Source of the DNA: Armatimonadota bacterium
Lineage (GTDB): Bacteria; Armatimonadota; Fimbriimonadia; Fimbriimonadales; GBS-DC
Direction of reading: 5' to 3'
DNA: 64,000 nucleotides
Assembly: GCA_037445735.1 (NCBI GenBank)
Contig: JBBIJY010000002.1
Location: forward strand, 64,001-128,000
Positions within the stretch are counted from its first letter, which is position 1; the number at the start of each line of letters is the position of its first letter. A model generated the notes under the pieces. It saw nothing but the letters and a program-made list of their open reading frames with translations. It was not told the origin of the DNA and made no database searches. Positions 9,748-22,660 of this stretch are shown in pieces. A program made the translations under genes and the position numbers.

Positions 9748-11283
9748 ATGAGCCGAAGCAAAGGATGGTGGCTGCCCGGCGTCGTCGCGAGCCTGGTGGG
9801 GCTGACCCTGCAGATCACCCTCGCCGTCGATTCGGGGCAACGCTGGGCGCGGATAGTGATTCTGCACACCAACGACACGCACGGGCATCTGCTGCCGTTC
9901 AGCTACCCGCAGGGGATTGACCCGAACTCGCAGGAGGCACAGCTGCCATACAAACACGATATAGGGGGCATCGCTCGCCGCGCCACCCTCATCCGGCAGC
10001 TGCGCCAGCAGTACCGTGATCAGACGCTGGTGGTCGACTGCGGCGACTTTATGGACGGCACGCCCTTCTCCCTGCACTACTTTGGCGAGGCGGATGTCGC
10101 CGCGATGAACGCCTGCGGCTACGACTATGCCACGCTGGGCAACCACGAGTTCAGTAACACGCTCGCGCAGGTGCAGAAGCTGATTCGCATGGCGCGGTTC
10201 ACCTTCGTGTGCGCCAATGCCCGCCTGCGTCGCACGGGTCAGCTGCTGGTGCCGCCGTCTGTGATTATCGAGCGCAACGGGCTGCGAATCGCGCTGTTCG
10301 GGCTGATTGTGCAGGACACGCAGAACTATCGCGGCGCGCGGGAGGGCGTGGATATTTTAGACCCTTTCGAGGTCGCCCAGCAGCTGGTGCCCCAGCTGCG
10401 CCAGCAGGCGGATGTGGTGATTCTGCTTTCACACCTGGGGATAGAGACCGAGCTGGAGCTGGCGCGGCGCGTGCCGGGCATCGATGTGATTGTGGGCGGG
10501 CACTCGCACACGCGCCTGCCAGAACCCCGCTTCGTGGCGTGGGGCACGAACGAGATTTTCGCGCTCAACGGCACGCTGGTGGTGCAGGCGCACCAGTGGG
10601 GCGGCGAGCTGGGACGGCTCGATCTGATCTGCTATCGCGCCCCCGACACGGGACGCTGGCGCGTGGTGGCATACAAAGGGCAACTGATCCCCATCACGCG
10701 CGCCATCCCTGAAGACCCGCAGGTCGCCCGCGTGGTCGCCCGCTACTGGAAGCCGCTCGCGGCGCGCTACGGGCGTGTGGTCGGCTACGCAGCGGACGAC
10801 TTCGTGCAGCGCGGCGATGACCTCGCCGAATATTATCTGGTCAGCGACGCCGTGCGCGCCATGATGAACAGCGATTTTGACCTGCAGAATCTCTACGGCA
10901 TCCGCATCCAGCTGGCGAAGGGCGCCATCACCTATTACGACTTAGCGCGCATGATGCCGTTCGGCAACACGGTGGTGCGGTTTGAAATCACGGGTCGCGC
11001 GCTCAAGCAGATACTGGAGCGTCAGCGCCCGACCTGCAGCGCGAATCTGCGCTATCGCGTCGAAAATGGACGCCTGATAGAAGCCACGCTGAACGGCGAG
11101 CCGATCCGCGACGACGCCACCTATCGCGGCACGACCAACTCCTACTTTGCCGAGCGCTACCTGAAGCCATCAGGCATCACGCTGATCGACACGAAGCAGG
11201 TAATGTTAGATGTGGTGGCAGACTATATTCGTCGGCAGCGGACGGTCTCGCCCAGCTACGACGGGCGGCGCGTGGTGCGATAA
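9748..11283 (+). CDS. Bifunctional metallophosphatase / 5'-nucleotidase
   Basis: ILHTNDTHG, DCGD, LGNHEF, LSHLG, GGHSH, PFGN motifs; signal peptide from ATG 9748. Confidence 0.88.
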   Translation: MSRSKGWWLPGVVASLVGLTLQITLAVDSGQRWARIVILHTNDTHGHLLPFSYPQGIDPNSQEAQLPYKHDIGGIARRATLIRQLRQQYRDQTLVVDCGDFMDGTPFSLHYFGEADVAAMNACGYDYATLGNHEFSNTLAQVQKLIRMARFTFVCANARLRRTGQLLVPPSVIIERNGLRIALFGLIVQDTQNYRGAREGVDILDPFEVAQQLVPQLRQQADVVILLSHLGIETELELARRVPGIDVIVGGHSHTRLPEPRFVAWGTNEIFALNGTLVVQAHQWGGELGRLDLICYRAPDTGRWRVVAYKGQLIPITRAIPEDPQVARVVARYWKPLAARYGRVVGYAADDFVQRGDDLAEYYLVSDAVRAMMNSDFDLQNLYGIRIQLAKGAITYYDLARMMPFGNTVVRFEITGRALKQILERQRPTCSANLRYRVENGRLIEATLNGEPIRDDATYRGTTNSYFAERYLKPSGITLIDTKQVMLDVVADYIRRQRTVSPSYDGRRVVR

Positions 11284-11303
11284 CGATTTCTCCTTTATCC
11301 CGA

Positions 11304-11340
11304 CCCCTCACCCGTACCCTCTTCCCAGAGGGGCGAGGGG
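11304..11340 (+). repeat. Single A-type palindromic unit between convergent genes
   Basis: cccctcacccgtaccctcttcccagaggggcgagggg. Confidence 0.8.
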
Positions 11341-11348
11341 CATTGTGG

Positions 11349-11921
11349 TCATCCAAGGGACACGGCTCGCAGCTCGGTGTAGCGGGCGCCGGAAGGGTGC
11401 AGCTCGCTCCGCATCAGGCTGATCTGTCTCACCGTGAAGTGCCCCACAGGTGCGGGCTGGAGTGTATCGACCACCGTCTGCAGGCGCGTCGGCAACGGTG
11501 AAGAGGCTTTCTCCTGCCTGTGAGGCTTGATTCGGGCGAGTGTCAGGTGGGCGTGGAACGGTTTATCGGCGCGACCGACCAGCGCGCGCTCCAGATGGGC
11601 GGCAATCTGGCTCATCGGCTCCGCGCCTGCCTGCGTGCCGACCCACAGCACGGCGGGGCGTCGCCAGTTCGGGAACACGCCCAGCCCGCCAACCGCCACC
11701 TCGAAGGGCGCGATGGACTGCACCGCTGCGTGCATCGCGCGCTCAATCTCTGCCAGGCGCTCTTCGGGCTGCTCGCTGAGAAAGAGCAGGGTGAAATGAA
11801 AGTTATCGGGCGCGACCCAGCGCAGGGCCGGATCGGGCAGTTGCGCCCGCAGCTGGCGTTGCAATCGCTCCAGCGCCGCCTTCACTTCGGACGGTATCAG
11901 GATTGCAATAAAGAGGCGCAT
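11349..11921 (-). CDS. thpR: RNA 2',3'-cyclic phosphodiesterase
   Basis: MRLFIA start; two HxT motifs (HFTL, HLTL). Confidence 0.9.
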   Translation of the reverse strand: MRLFIAILIPSEVKAALERLQRQLRAQLPDPALRWVAPDNFHFTLLFLSEQPEERLAEIERAMHAAVQSIAPFEVAVGGLGVFPNWRRPAVLWVGTQAGAEPMSQIAAHLERALVGRADKPFHAHLTLARIKPHRQEKASSPLPTRLQTVVDTLQPAPVGHFTVRQISLMRSELHPSGARYTELRAVSLG

Positions 11922-13156
11922 CCGCCTTCAAGGATACCCCGCCGCAACAGTGTCAGCGCAACCTGCGACGCTCGCCACTTGATGGTGGAGCGGTCGCCCA
12001 GCAGCTGGTGGCGCTCCACGAGGGTGGCGGTCGGGTCGCTCAGGCTCACATAGACCAGCCCGACAGGTTTTTCGGGCGTGCCCCCTGTGGGTCCCGCGAT
12101 GCCCGTGATGCCGATGCCCCAGTAGCTGCCCAGTTTCTGGCGGACGCCTTCGGCAAGGGCGCGGGCGGTCGGCTCGCTCACCGCCCCATGCTGTTCCAGA
12201 ATCGTGCGCGGCACGCCCAGCTCCCGCTCTTTGACGGCGTTGCTGTAGGCGACAATCCCGCCCAGAAACACATCGGAGCTGCCTGGCACCTCGGTGATGC
12301 GATGCCCCAGCAGTCCGCCTGTACACGATTCGGCGGTCGCCAGGCTTTGCCCGCGCTCGCGGAGCAGTTGCACGACCGCCTGCTCCAGTGGGGTGTCGTC
12401 CGTGCCGTAGATATAGGCGCCCAGTCGCTCGCGCACGGCGTGTTCCATTTTTTCAATCAGCGCGTCGGCTTCGGCGATGGAGGGTGCGCGGGCGGTGATG
12501 CGCAGGTGAACCTCGCCCAGATGCGCTAATGGCGCCAGCGTGGGATTGGTGGAGCGCACCAGCTCCAGCACGCGCGCTTCGGCGTCGGCTTCCCCGATCC
12601 CGCACAGGCGCAGCACGCGCGAGCGGATCACCGCTCCGCCCGCGCGCTCCCTCAGCACCGGGATGACCTGCTCGCGCACCATCGGCTGGAACTCGTTGGG
12701 CGGTCCCGGCAGCGCGAAGAGGAGCTTGCCGTCACGCTCGATTTTCAGTCCGGGCGCGGTGCCGTTGGGGTTCGGCAGGGGCGTTGCAGAGGGCGGTCGG
12801 TGCGCCTGACGCAGCTGGCTGGGCGTTACGGTGCGCCCTCGCACGGCAAACAGCTGCTGGAGCTGTTCGCCCAGGGCAGGGTCGTACTCTAACGGCTCGC
12901 TCAGCACGGCGGCAATCGCCTCGCGCGTGAGGTCATCCTCGGTCGGACCCAGCCCGCCAATCGTGATCACCACATCGGCTCGTGAGAGCGCGTCCGTTAG
13001 CGCGTCGGTCAGCCGCTGCAGATTATCGCCCACCGTGACGCGCCGAAACACCTGTACGCCGACCGCTGTCAGCTCGCGCGACAGGAAAGCGGCGTTCGTG
13101 TCCACTATCTGACCCAGCAGCAGCTCCGTGCCGACCGAGATAATCTCGCAGGTCAT
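11897..13156 (-). CDS. cinA: Competence/damage-inducible protein A (MocF-like plus NMN deamidase domains)
   Basis: VGTELLLGQIVDTN, GGLGPTEDDLT, AESCTGG, ITGIAGPTGG. Confidence 0.92.
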   Translation of the reverse strand: MTCEIISVGTELLLGQIVDTNAAFLSRELTAVGVQVFRRVTVGDNLQRLTDALTDALSRADVVITIGGLGPTEDDLTREAIAAVLSEPLEYDPALGEQLQQLFAVRGRTVTPSQLRQAHRPPSATPLPNPNGTAPGLKIERDGKLLFALPGPPNEFQPMVREQVIPVLRERAGGAVIRSRVLRLCGIGEADAEARVLELVRSTNPTLAPLAHLGEVHLRITARAPSIAEADALIEKMEHAVRERLGAYIYGTDDTPLEQAVVQLLRERGQSLATAESCTGGLLGHRITEVPGSSDVFLGGIVAYSNAVKERELGVPRTILEQHGAVSEPTARALAEGVRQKLGSYWGIGITGIAGPTGGTPEKPVGLVYVSLSDPTATLVERHQLLGDRSTIKWRASQVALTLLRRGILEGGCASLLQS

Positions 13157-13162
13157 GCGCAA

Positions 13163-14248
13163 TCAGAACACCAGCGTGCGTGAGACGGTGAGCGGGAACT
13201 CGCGCGAGTAGGCGAAGCTGAAGCCGCCGAGGCTCAGTCCGGCGGTCCAGCCCGTGCGGGAGGCGTAGCCCGTGAGGATTCGGATGGGTCCGAGCCGTTG
13301 CTCCGCGCCGAGGCGCAGCTCACCGCGACCCGTGCGGTTGCCGATGTCGATCACATCGAGCGCAATCAGGGTTCCTGCCTGCGTCTCGGAGGCGAAGCCG
13401 AGGTGAACCGCGCGTCGGAACGGCTTCAGCCGCACATCGGCGCCGTTCCGATCCGTTGCGTCGATGCGCAGGTCTGGTTCAATCGCATTCTCCACCACTA
13501 ATGCGAGCGTGTAGGGGATAGCGCTATCGGGCTTCCAGATGATTCCCAGATCGACGCCGGTGGTGCGCCGCTCGATGAAGTTGCGTCCGCCGAGTTCGGG
13601 GGCACGCTCGGCATCGTTGCGCGTGCGCAGGGTGTTCGCGTCGGCGAAGTAGTGGGTGTAGAACACGCGCATGGTGCGCACCCGTGCGCCGACCGCCAGC
13701 TCGCCACCCTGCAGCGGCAGGCGGAGCCCGCCAGTGATGTCCGGCAGGCTCACCGCTGCCATCGCGATAATGTCGCCCCGCGCATCGTCGGGAATGTTAT
13801 TCCGGTCGCCGCTGGTACGCGCCCATGTGCGCAGCGGCTCGTTGGGCAGGAAGTGGGCGTCCACCACCCCGCCGACTGAGACGCCGACACCGTTCATCAT
13901 CAGCCCGAAGTCGCCCAGCAGGCTCAGGCGTGTGTCCTCGTCAGCGAATCGGCGCAACAGTGCAGCGCCCTCCTCGAGGTTGATGGAGCTGCCCTGGCGC
14001 AGCTCGATGGCATCGAAGACATCCTCAAGGCTGGCGCCCTGAGCGCCCAGATCGAAGTTGCCCATGCCGATACGCGCACCGCGCACATAGGCAATCGCGG
14101 CGGGGTTCAGATAAGCCTGGGAAGCGGGGTTGCGCAGCACCGCCAGCCCTGCACCCCCCATCCCTCGGGTCGCATTACCGCCCAACGACAGATCCGCCCA
14201 TGCAACCGTCAGCAGCCAGCCTGCAAGCAGAAGTGCCACTGTTCGCAT
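13163..14248 (-). CDS. Putative outer-membrane beta-barrel protein (TraF/FadL-like N-terminus)
   Basis: Signal peptide, RGMGGAG..YLNPAAI motif, amphipathic strands, terminal Phe; AAAGGAGG RBS. Confidence 0.55.
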   Translation of the reverse strand: MRTVALLLAGWLLTVAWADLSLGGNATRGMGGAGLAVLRNPASQAYLNPAAIAYVRGARIGMGNFDLGAQGASLEDVFDAIELRQGSSINLEEGAALLRRFADEDTRLSLLGDFGLMMNGVGVSVGGVVDAHFLPNEPLRTWARTSGDRNNIPDDARGDIIAMAAVSLPDITGGLRLPLQGGELAVGARVRTMRVFYTHYFADANTLRTRNDAERAPELGGRNFIERRTTGVDLGIIWKPDSAIPYTLALVVENAIEPDLRIDATDRNGADVRLKPFRRAVHLGFASETQAGTLIALDVIDIGNRTGRGELRLGAEQRLGPIRILTGYASRTGWTAGLSLGGFSFAYSREFPLTVSRTLVF

Positions 14249-14313
14249 ATCGTCTTACCTCCTTTAATGGAGTTCGCAACCAGAAATCGGTTTCCTGCCT
14301 GGAAAGCGGTGGG

Positions 14314-14358
14314 AAAAAGGTTCGATCCCGCTCCTCCGATTGCGAGGAGCGGGATCGA
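14314..14358 (-). terminator. Rho-independent terminator after atpC
   Basis: 15-bp perfect stem tcgatcccgctcctc/gaggagcgggatcga, followed by a U-run on the minus strand. Confidence 0.75.
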
Positions 14359-14384
14359 TTGCCCTGTCGATGGCTTTTTATATT

Positions 14385-17111
<2,727 letters not shown>

Positions 17112-17112
<1 letters not shown>

Positions 17113-18020
17113 CAGTAGTCCTCCTCCAGTTCGTCCAGTCGGTGTCGGCGCATTAGCTCCCACTCTTTGCCCATGATCTCCTCGTCGGAGGGGGGCGGCG
17201 TGGGTTCGGATGCGCTGCGAACAACCTCGATCTCTTCGCCGAACATTTTGCCGTACTCGGCGACCTGTTCGGGCGAGAGCGGCGCCTCTTCCTGCACTTC
17301 GGGGATTTCGGTGGGCAGCACTTCGGCGCCCTGCCATTCGAGCTGCTTCTCCTCGATAATGGCGTCGGCGATGCGCCCGGCAATCAGCCGAATCGCCCGA
17401 ATCGCATCGTCGTTGCCCGGGATGGGGTAGTCCACCTCGTCGGGGTCGCAATTGGTGTCGACGATGGCGACGGTGGTGATACCCAGCCGATTGGCTTCGG
17501 CGACGGCGGTATGCTCCTCTTTGAGGTCGACGATAAAGAGCGCGGCGGGCAGTCCGGGCATATCTTTGATGCCTTCGAGGTTGCGCTCCAGCTTCTCATA
17601 CTCTTTGCGCAGTCGGGCGGCTTCCTTTTTGGGGATACGCTCCAGCTCGCCTTCCTGGATCATGCGTTCCAGCTCTTTCAGGCGGCGGACGCGCTGCTGG
17701 ATGGTGCGGTAGTTGGTGAGCATGCCGCCCAGCCAGCGGTAGTTGACATAGTACTGGCGGCAGCGCAGGGCGGCTTCCTTGATGGCGTCGCGCGCCTGCT
17801 TCTTCGTGCCCACGAACAACACATGCCCGCCCTCGTTCACTACCTGCTTGATCGCCTGCTGCGCTTTATCGAACATCTCGACCGTCTTGTGCAGGTCGAT
17901 GATATAGATTCCGTTGCGTGCGCCGTAGATGAATCGCTTCATGTTGGGGTGCCACTTGCGGGTCTGATGCCCGAAGTGAACCCCTGCTTCCAGAAGTTCC
18001 CGCATTGTTAGCGTTGCCAT
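17112..18020 (-). CDS. rpsB: 30S ribosomal protein S2 with acidic C-terminal extension
   Basis: [35 protein letters not shown]. Confidence 0.97.
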
Positions 18021-18199
18021 CGGTTTTCACGACCTCCTCCGGGTTAGTTTCCACCCGTGCCGTCATCCGCGCTTTCCACCCCTGGGTATCAGAAGTATCC
18101 CGCTTCTGCCTGCGGTGCCTGACGCCCGCACAGGGCACCCCAGCGCGTCGGGCACGGTACGATGTCGCGCGGCAGTCCGCCACACGCCCCAGCAGTATA
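18021..18199 (-). promoter_or_regulatory. rpsB -10 element and long leader (possible S2 autoregulatory RNA)
   Basis: TATACT at 18194-18199, then a GC-rich leader of about 165 nt ending in GGAGGAGG; rpsB leaders are commonly autoregulatory, but the fold was not verified. Confidence 0.45.
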
Positions 18200-18252
18200 C
18201 CCGATATCGACGGAGCGATTGCCCTTTGTCGATGCTGCCCTCTGCTGATCCG

Positions 18253-19815
18253 CTAATGCAGTTTGCCGACTGCCGACTCGACGGCGCGGCGCAGCTCGCC
18301 AGAGAGCATCAGCGCACGCACCGCTTGCACATCGGGCGTCAGAATCCTGTCCGCTTCCAGCGGCGGTACAACCCTGCGAATCGCCTGCAGAGCCGCTTTG
18401 ACGCCAACGCCCGGCTCCAGCGGCCTGTGGAACTCCAGTGCCTGCGCCGCGTTCACCAGCTCAATCGCTATCACCCAGCGGGCGTTTTCCAGAATCATGC
18501 GCGCCTGACGGGCTGCCGTCACACCCATCGACACATGGTCTTCCTGATTCGCGCTGGTGGGGATCGAATCGACGGAGGCGGGATGCGCCAGCACCTTGTT
18601 CTCCGACACGAGGCTGGCAGCGGTATACTGGGAGAGCATCAGCCCCGAATGCAGACCGCTCTGGCGAGCTAAGAAGGCGGGCAGACCCGACAGGTCGGGA
18701 TCAAGCATATACTCCACGCGCCGCTCGCTGATGTTCGCCAGCTCCGCAATCGCGATTTTGGCGTAATCCATCGCCAGCGCGACGGGCTGACCGTGAAAGT
18801 TGCCTGCGGAGATAACCTCATCGCTGTCGGGGAACACGAGCGGGTTATCGGTGACGCTGTTCATCTCGCGTTCGATCACCTCGCGCACATGGGCGAGCAC
18901 GTCGCGCGAGGCGCCATGCACCTGCGGAATGCAGCGCAGGGAGTAGGCGTCCTGCACCTTTTCACAGAACTCATGCGATTTGTGGATGGCGCTGTCGGCG
19001 CACAGCTGGCGGATGTTCGCGCACACCTGCGCGGCGCCCGGATGGGGTCGCACCTGCGCGACTTTTGAATCGAAGGGTCGCAGGCTGCCCTTGAGCGCTT
19101 CGAGGCTCATCGCGCCCGCAATATCGGCAAGCGTGCAGAGTTGCAGGGCGTCATAGACCAGCAGCGCACCGACGGCGGTCATCGCCTGCGTGCCGTTGAT
19201 GAGCGCCAGCCCCTCTTTGGCTTCCAGCGTGATGGGTTTCAGCCCTGCGGCTCGCAGGGCGTCACCACCGTTCAGAATGCGACCCTCATATTCGGCTTCG
19301 CCCTCGCCAATGAGGGGCAGGCACATGTGCGCGAGCGGGGCGAGGTCGCCACTGGCGCCGACCGAACCCTGTGAGGGCACTATCGGATGCACGCGCCGAT
19401 TGAGCATCTCCAGCAGCAGCTCAATCACCTGCTCGCGCACGCCGCTGTAGCCGAGCGCGAGGCTCTGCGCACGGAGCAGCATCATCGCCCGCACCACCTC
19501 CGTCGGGAACGGCTCGCCCACGCCAATCGCGTGCGACAGCAGCAGGTTGCGTTGCAACGCGCGGGTCTGATCGGGGCTGATACGCTGGTTCGCCAGCTTG
19601 CCCAGCCCGGTGGTGACGCCGTACACCGTGCGGTTTTCCGAAAGGATATGCTCCACATAGCGGCGACCCGCACGCACGCGCTCGCGGGCTTCGTCCGCTA
19701 ATCGCACGGGCGCATACTCGCGTGCCACACGCACCACATCCTCCACGCTGAGGGGATGCCCCACGCTGACATGCGCCTCCGCCTGTGCCGCCTCCTCGCC
19801 ATGCACAGTTTCCAT
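18253..19815 (-). CDS. hutH: Histidine ammonia-lyase
   Basis: YGVTTGLG, GSVGASGDLAPLAH (MIO-forming ASG), QDAYSLRC, GNFHGQP, QEDHVSM. Confidence 0.95.
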   Translation of the reverse strand: METVHGEEAAQAEAHVSVGHPLSVEDVVRVAREYAPVRLADEARERVRAGRRYVEHILSENRTVYGVTTGLGKLANQRISPDQTRALQRNLLLSHAIGVGEPFPTEVVRAMMLLRAQSLALGYSGVREQVIELLLEMLNRRVHPIVPSQGSVGASGDLAPLAHMCLPLIGEGEAEYEGRILNGGDALRAAGLKPITLEAKEGLALINGTQAMTAVGALLVYDALQLCTLADIAGAMSLEALKGSLRPFDSKVAQVRPHPGAAQVCANIRQLCADSAIHKSHEFCEKVQDAYSLRCIPQVHGASRDVLAHVREVIEREMNSVTDNPLVFPDSDEVISAGNFHGQPVALAMDYAKIAIAELANISERRVEYMLDPDLSGLPAFLARQSGLHSGLMLSQYTAASLVSENKVLAHPASVDSIPTSANQEDHVSMGVTAARQARMILENARWVIAIELVNAAQALEFHRPLEPGVGVKAALQAIRRVVPPLEADRILTPDVQAVRALMLSGELRRAVESAVGKLH

Positions 19816-19872
19816 AACTATAAAGATACCCCACCCGCCTGCAGGTGGGTTATAATGTAATAGCGAGGAGGC

Positions 19873-21519
19873 ATGGCTATGCACAGATTGTGCCGAGCGA
19901 TCGGTGTATGGGCGCTGAGCGGGACGATTGTAACCAGCTGGGGTCAACCGCCTGCGATTCATCACGAGGTGCCGGACGACCCCCATCGGGCTGGCGCGGG
20001 CGGGTTTGCGCCCGCAGGTGGCAGCACTGTGCAGCGCGGACCCTATATCAGTCGGCAGGTGAATGTCAGCGCGGCGGGCACCAACATTCAGGGCGACGCC
20101 GCCAACGAACCCTCAATCGCCGTGGATCCGACGAACCCCAACCGAATCGTGATTGCGTGGCGCCAGTTCGATACCATCACCTCCAACTTCCGTCAGGCGG
20201 GACGGGCATACAGCCACGATGGGGGCTTGACCTGGACATTTCCTGGCGTGCTGGAGCCAGGCGTGTTCCGCAGTGACCCGGTGGTGCGTGCCGACGCGAA
20301 CGGTGTGTTCTATTATATGAGCCTGCGCGGCGACTTCACCTGTCAGGTGTTTCGCTCCTTCGATGGCGGCGTAACCTTCCCGGAGCGCTACGACGCCTAC
20401 GGCGGCGATAAGGAGTGGTTCACCATCGACCTGACCAATAGCATTGGGCGGGGCAATCTCTACCTGGCATGGAGCACAGCGGCAAGCAGCACAGGCAACC
20501 GCACTTTCACCCGTTCCGTTAACGCGGGCATTGCATGGCTTAACCCGATAAGCATTCCGAACTCTCCCATCTGGGGCACGCTTGCGGTCGACTCCGACGG
20601 CACGCTCTATATCGGGGGCGTCTCCTCCCCGCAGTGGCCCCAGTTCTATCTCGTGCGTTCCTCCAGCGCGCGCGATCGCACGCAGACACCCACCTTCGAC
20701 CTGAACCAACCCGTGAATCTGAACGGCACCCTGCGGTACGGCGCAGGACCCAATCCGGGCGGGCTTCTGGGTCAGGTCTGGATCGATGTGGATCGCTCCA
20801 GTGGTCCGTATCACGGGCGGCTCTACTTCCTCTGTTCGGTCAACCCGCCTGGCGATGACCCGCTGGATGTCTATCTGGCGTTCAGCACCGACAGGGGTGC
20901 CACCTGGAGCGCGCCCATTCGCGTGAATGATGACCCACCCGCCAGCAACGCCTGGCAATGGTTCGGCACTCTATCGGTGGCGCCCAACGGGCGTGTGGAT
21001 GTCATCTGGTACGACACGCGCAACGACCCCAACGGGCTGCTGTCGGAGTTGCGCTACACCTGCTCCTTCGATGGCGGTTTAACATGGATGCCCTCTATCC
21101 CCGTTAGCCCTGCCTTCCACCCGCACATCGGCTGGCCGAACCAGAACAAAATCGGCGACTACATCGATATGGCGTCGCTGGAGGCGGAGGCGTTCATCGC
21201 CTATGCCGCCACCTTCAACGGCGAGCAGGATGTCTACTTCGTGCGCGTGGGCGACTGCAACCAGAATGGCGTCCACGACGCGCTGGACATCGCCACCCGC
21301 CGCTCCACCGACCGCAACCGCAACCAGATTCCCGACGAGTGCGAAACGCGCCCGGGCGATGTGGACTTCGACGGCTGTGTGGACGATAGCGACCTGCTGA
21401 GCGTGCTGCTTGCCTTCGGTCGCACAGGCGACGGCTTGATGGAGGACCTGAACGGCGACGGCGTTGTGGACGATGCCGACCTGATGCTGGTGCTGTTCAA
21501 CTTCGGGCAAGGTTGCTGA
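19873..21519 (+). CDS. Secreted BNR/Asp-box (sialidase-like propeller) protein with dockerin-like C-terminus
   Basis: SHDGGLTW, SFDGGVTF, STDRGATW, SFDGGLTW Asp boxes; DCNQNG..D repeats; terminal duplicated DDxDL module. Confidence 0.8.
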   Translation: MAMHRLCRAIGVWALSGTIVTSWGQPPAIHHEVPDDPHRAGAGGFAPAGGSTVQRGPYISRQVNVSAAGTNIQGDAANEPSIAVDPTNPNRIVIAWRQFDTITSNFRQAGRAYSHDGGLTWTFPGVLEPGVFRSDPVVRADANGVFYYMSLRGDFTCQVFRSFDGGVTFPERYDAYGGDKEWFTIDLTNSIGRGNLYLAWSTAASSTGNRTFTRSVNAGIAWLNPISIPNSPIWGTLAVDSDGTLYIGGVSSPQWPQFYLVRSSSARDRTQTPTFDLNQPVNLNGTLRYGAGPNPGGLLGQVWIDVDRSSGPYHGRLYFLCSVNPPGDDPLDVYLAFSTDRGATWSAPIRVNDDPPASNAWQWFGTLSVAPNGRVDVIWYDTRNDPNGLLSELRYTCSFDGGLTWMPSIPVSPAFHPHIGWPNQNKIGDYIDMASLEAEAFIAYAATFNGEQDVYFVRVGDCNQNGVHDALDIATRRSTDRNRNQIPDECETRPGDVDFDGCVDDSDLLSVLLAFGRTGDGLMEDLNGDGVVDDADLMLVLFNFGQGC

Positions 21520-21550
21520 ACGAGCCAGATGCTCAAGCGGTACGGCTCAC

Positions 21551-21577
21551 TGAAACCGTTGTGCCATCTGCCGTGTA
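21551..21577 (+). promoter_or_regulatory. Candidate ECF (SigW-like) promoter
   Basis: TGAAAC-N15-CGTGTA upstream of an operon containing an ECF sigma factor. Confidence 0.45.
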
Positions 21578-21596
21578 GACTGTTATGGAGGTTACG

Positions 21597-22658
21597 ATGA
21601 CACAACGGCGGATGGCGCAGATATGGCTTATGGGGCTGGTCGCGCTGGCAATCTGTCAGCAGCCGCCCAGAAGCGTGATCGATTTCGAACGCGAGGAGCA
21701 TGGCTGGTTCGTGCTACCGGGCGCGGATGGCAAGGTGGAACGCACCACGAACGCGAACGATGTCAAAAACGGGAAGTACGCCCTGCAATACACCTACACC
21801 GTCGCGCAGGGCAAGTTCAACGCGATTGTGCGGCTGGAGCCAGAGAGCTGGGCGCAGGGCTTCCGATTCTGGGTCAAGACCGACCGACCCACGATGCTGA
21901 TGTTCATGGTGTCGGAGGAGGGCGGGGAACGCTGGCAGGCGCCCTTCTGGTGCGGAAATAACGAGTGGCAGCAGGTGACGCTCGCGCTGAGCGACTTCTC
22001 CCCAACGGATGACAGCCAGTCCCAGAATGGCAAGCTCGATATGGAGCGCGCGGAGGGCATCGGCTTGCTGGATGCGGGCGCACTGTTCGCCGCGACGCCC
22101 GAAGCCGCCGCGTTTCTGGGCGATATGCGCGGCACGCGCATGCTCTGGATGGACGACTTCGAGTTCCTGGCGCAGCCGCCGCCCCGCAAAGCGAGCCGCG
22201 AGGTGCTGGACGACTTCCAGCGCGACTACCTGATGTGGTTCGCCACCGTGGGCGTGCGCATCAAGCCGACAGCTGGCGGAATGCAGGTGGAATACAAACA
22301 GGAGAACCCGTGGCTGCTGGCGGTGGCGCGTCCCCTGCCGAAAGGCGTGCTCGCTGACACCAGAGGACTGCAGATCACCCTGCAGGTCAAGAACGCCACC
22401 ACGCTCGCCGTGGGGCTGGAAGAGGAAGATGGCGAGCGATGGGTGGCGAGCCGACCCGTGGGCGGTGAGGACAAACCCGAAACGCTCCGATTCGAATGGA
22501 GCGCATTCACCATCACCGACGACACGAAAGGCAAGGGCGACGGCAAACTGACACCCGCCAGAGCGAAACTGCTCTCGCTCATCGATATGGGCGTGCTGAC
22601 CGGCGAAGCCCAACCTGCCAACCGCTGGCTGGTGCGGGAGGTCAAACTGGAGCGATAA
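21597..22658 (+). CDS. Secreted protein with two related galactose-binding-like (CBM11/CIA30-like) domains
   Basis: Signal peptide; internal duplication (EEGGERW..SDF..NGKLD vs EEDGERW..SAF..DGKLT); GGAGG RBS. Confidence 0.55.
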   Translation: MTQRRMAQIWLMGLVALAICQQPPRSVIDFEREEHGWFVLPGADGKVERTTNANDVKNGKYALQYTYTVAQGKFNAIVRLEPESWAQGFRFWVKTDRPTMLMFMVSEEGGERWQAPFWCGNNEWQQVTLALSDFSPTDDSQSQNGKLDMERAEGIGLLDAGALFAATPEAAAFLGDMRGTRMLWMDDFEFLAQPPPRKASREVLDDFQRDYLMWFATVGVRIKPTAGGMQVEYKQENPWLLAVARPLPKGVLADTRGLQITLQVKNATTLAVGLEEEDGERWVASRPVGGEDKPETLRFEWSAFTITDDTKGKGDGKLTPARAKLLSLIDMGVLTGEAQPANRWLVREVKLER

Positions 22659-22660
22659 CG

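Noticed and set aside
11510-11525. Possible REP remnant (CACAGGCAGGA on the minus strand) inside thpR
   Set aside because: Only about 11 nt match and there is no second hairpin arm.
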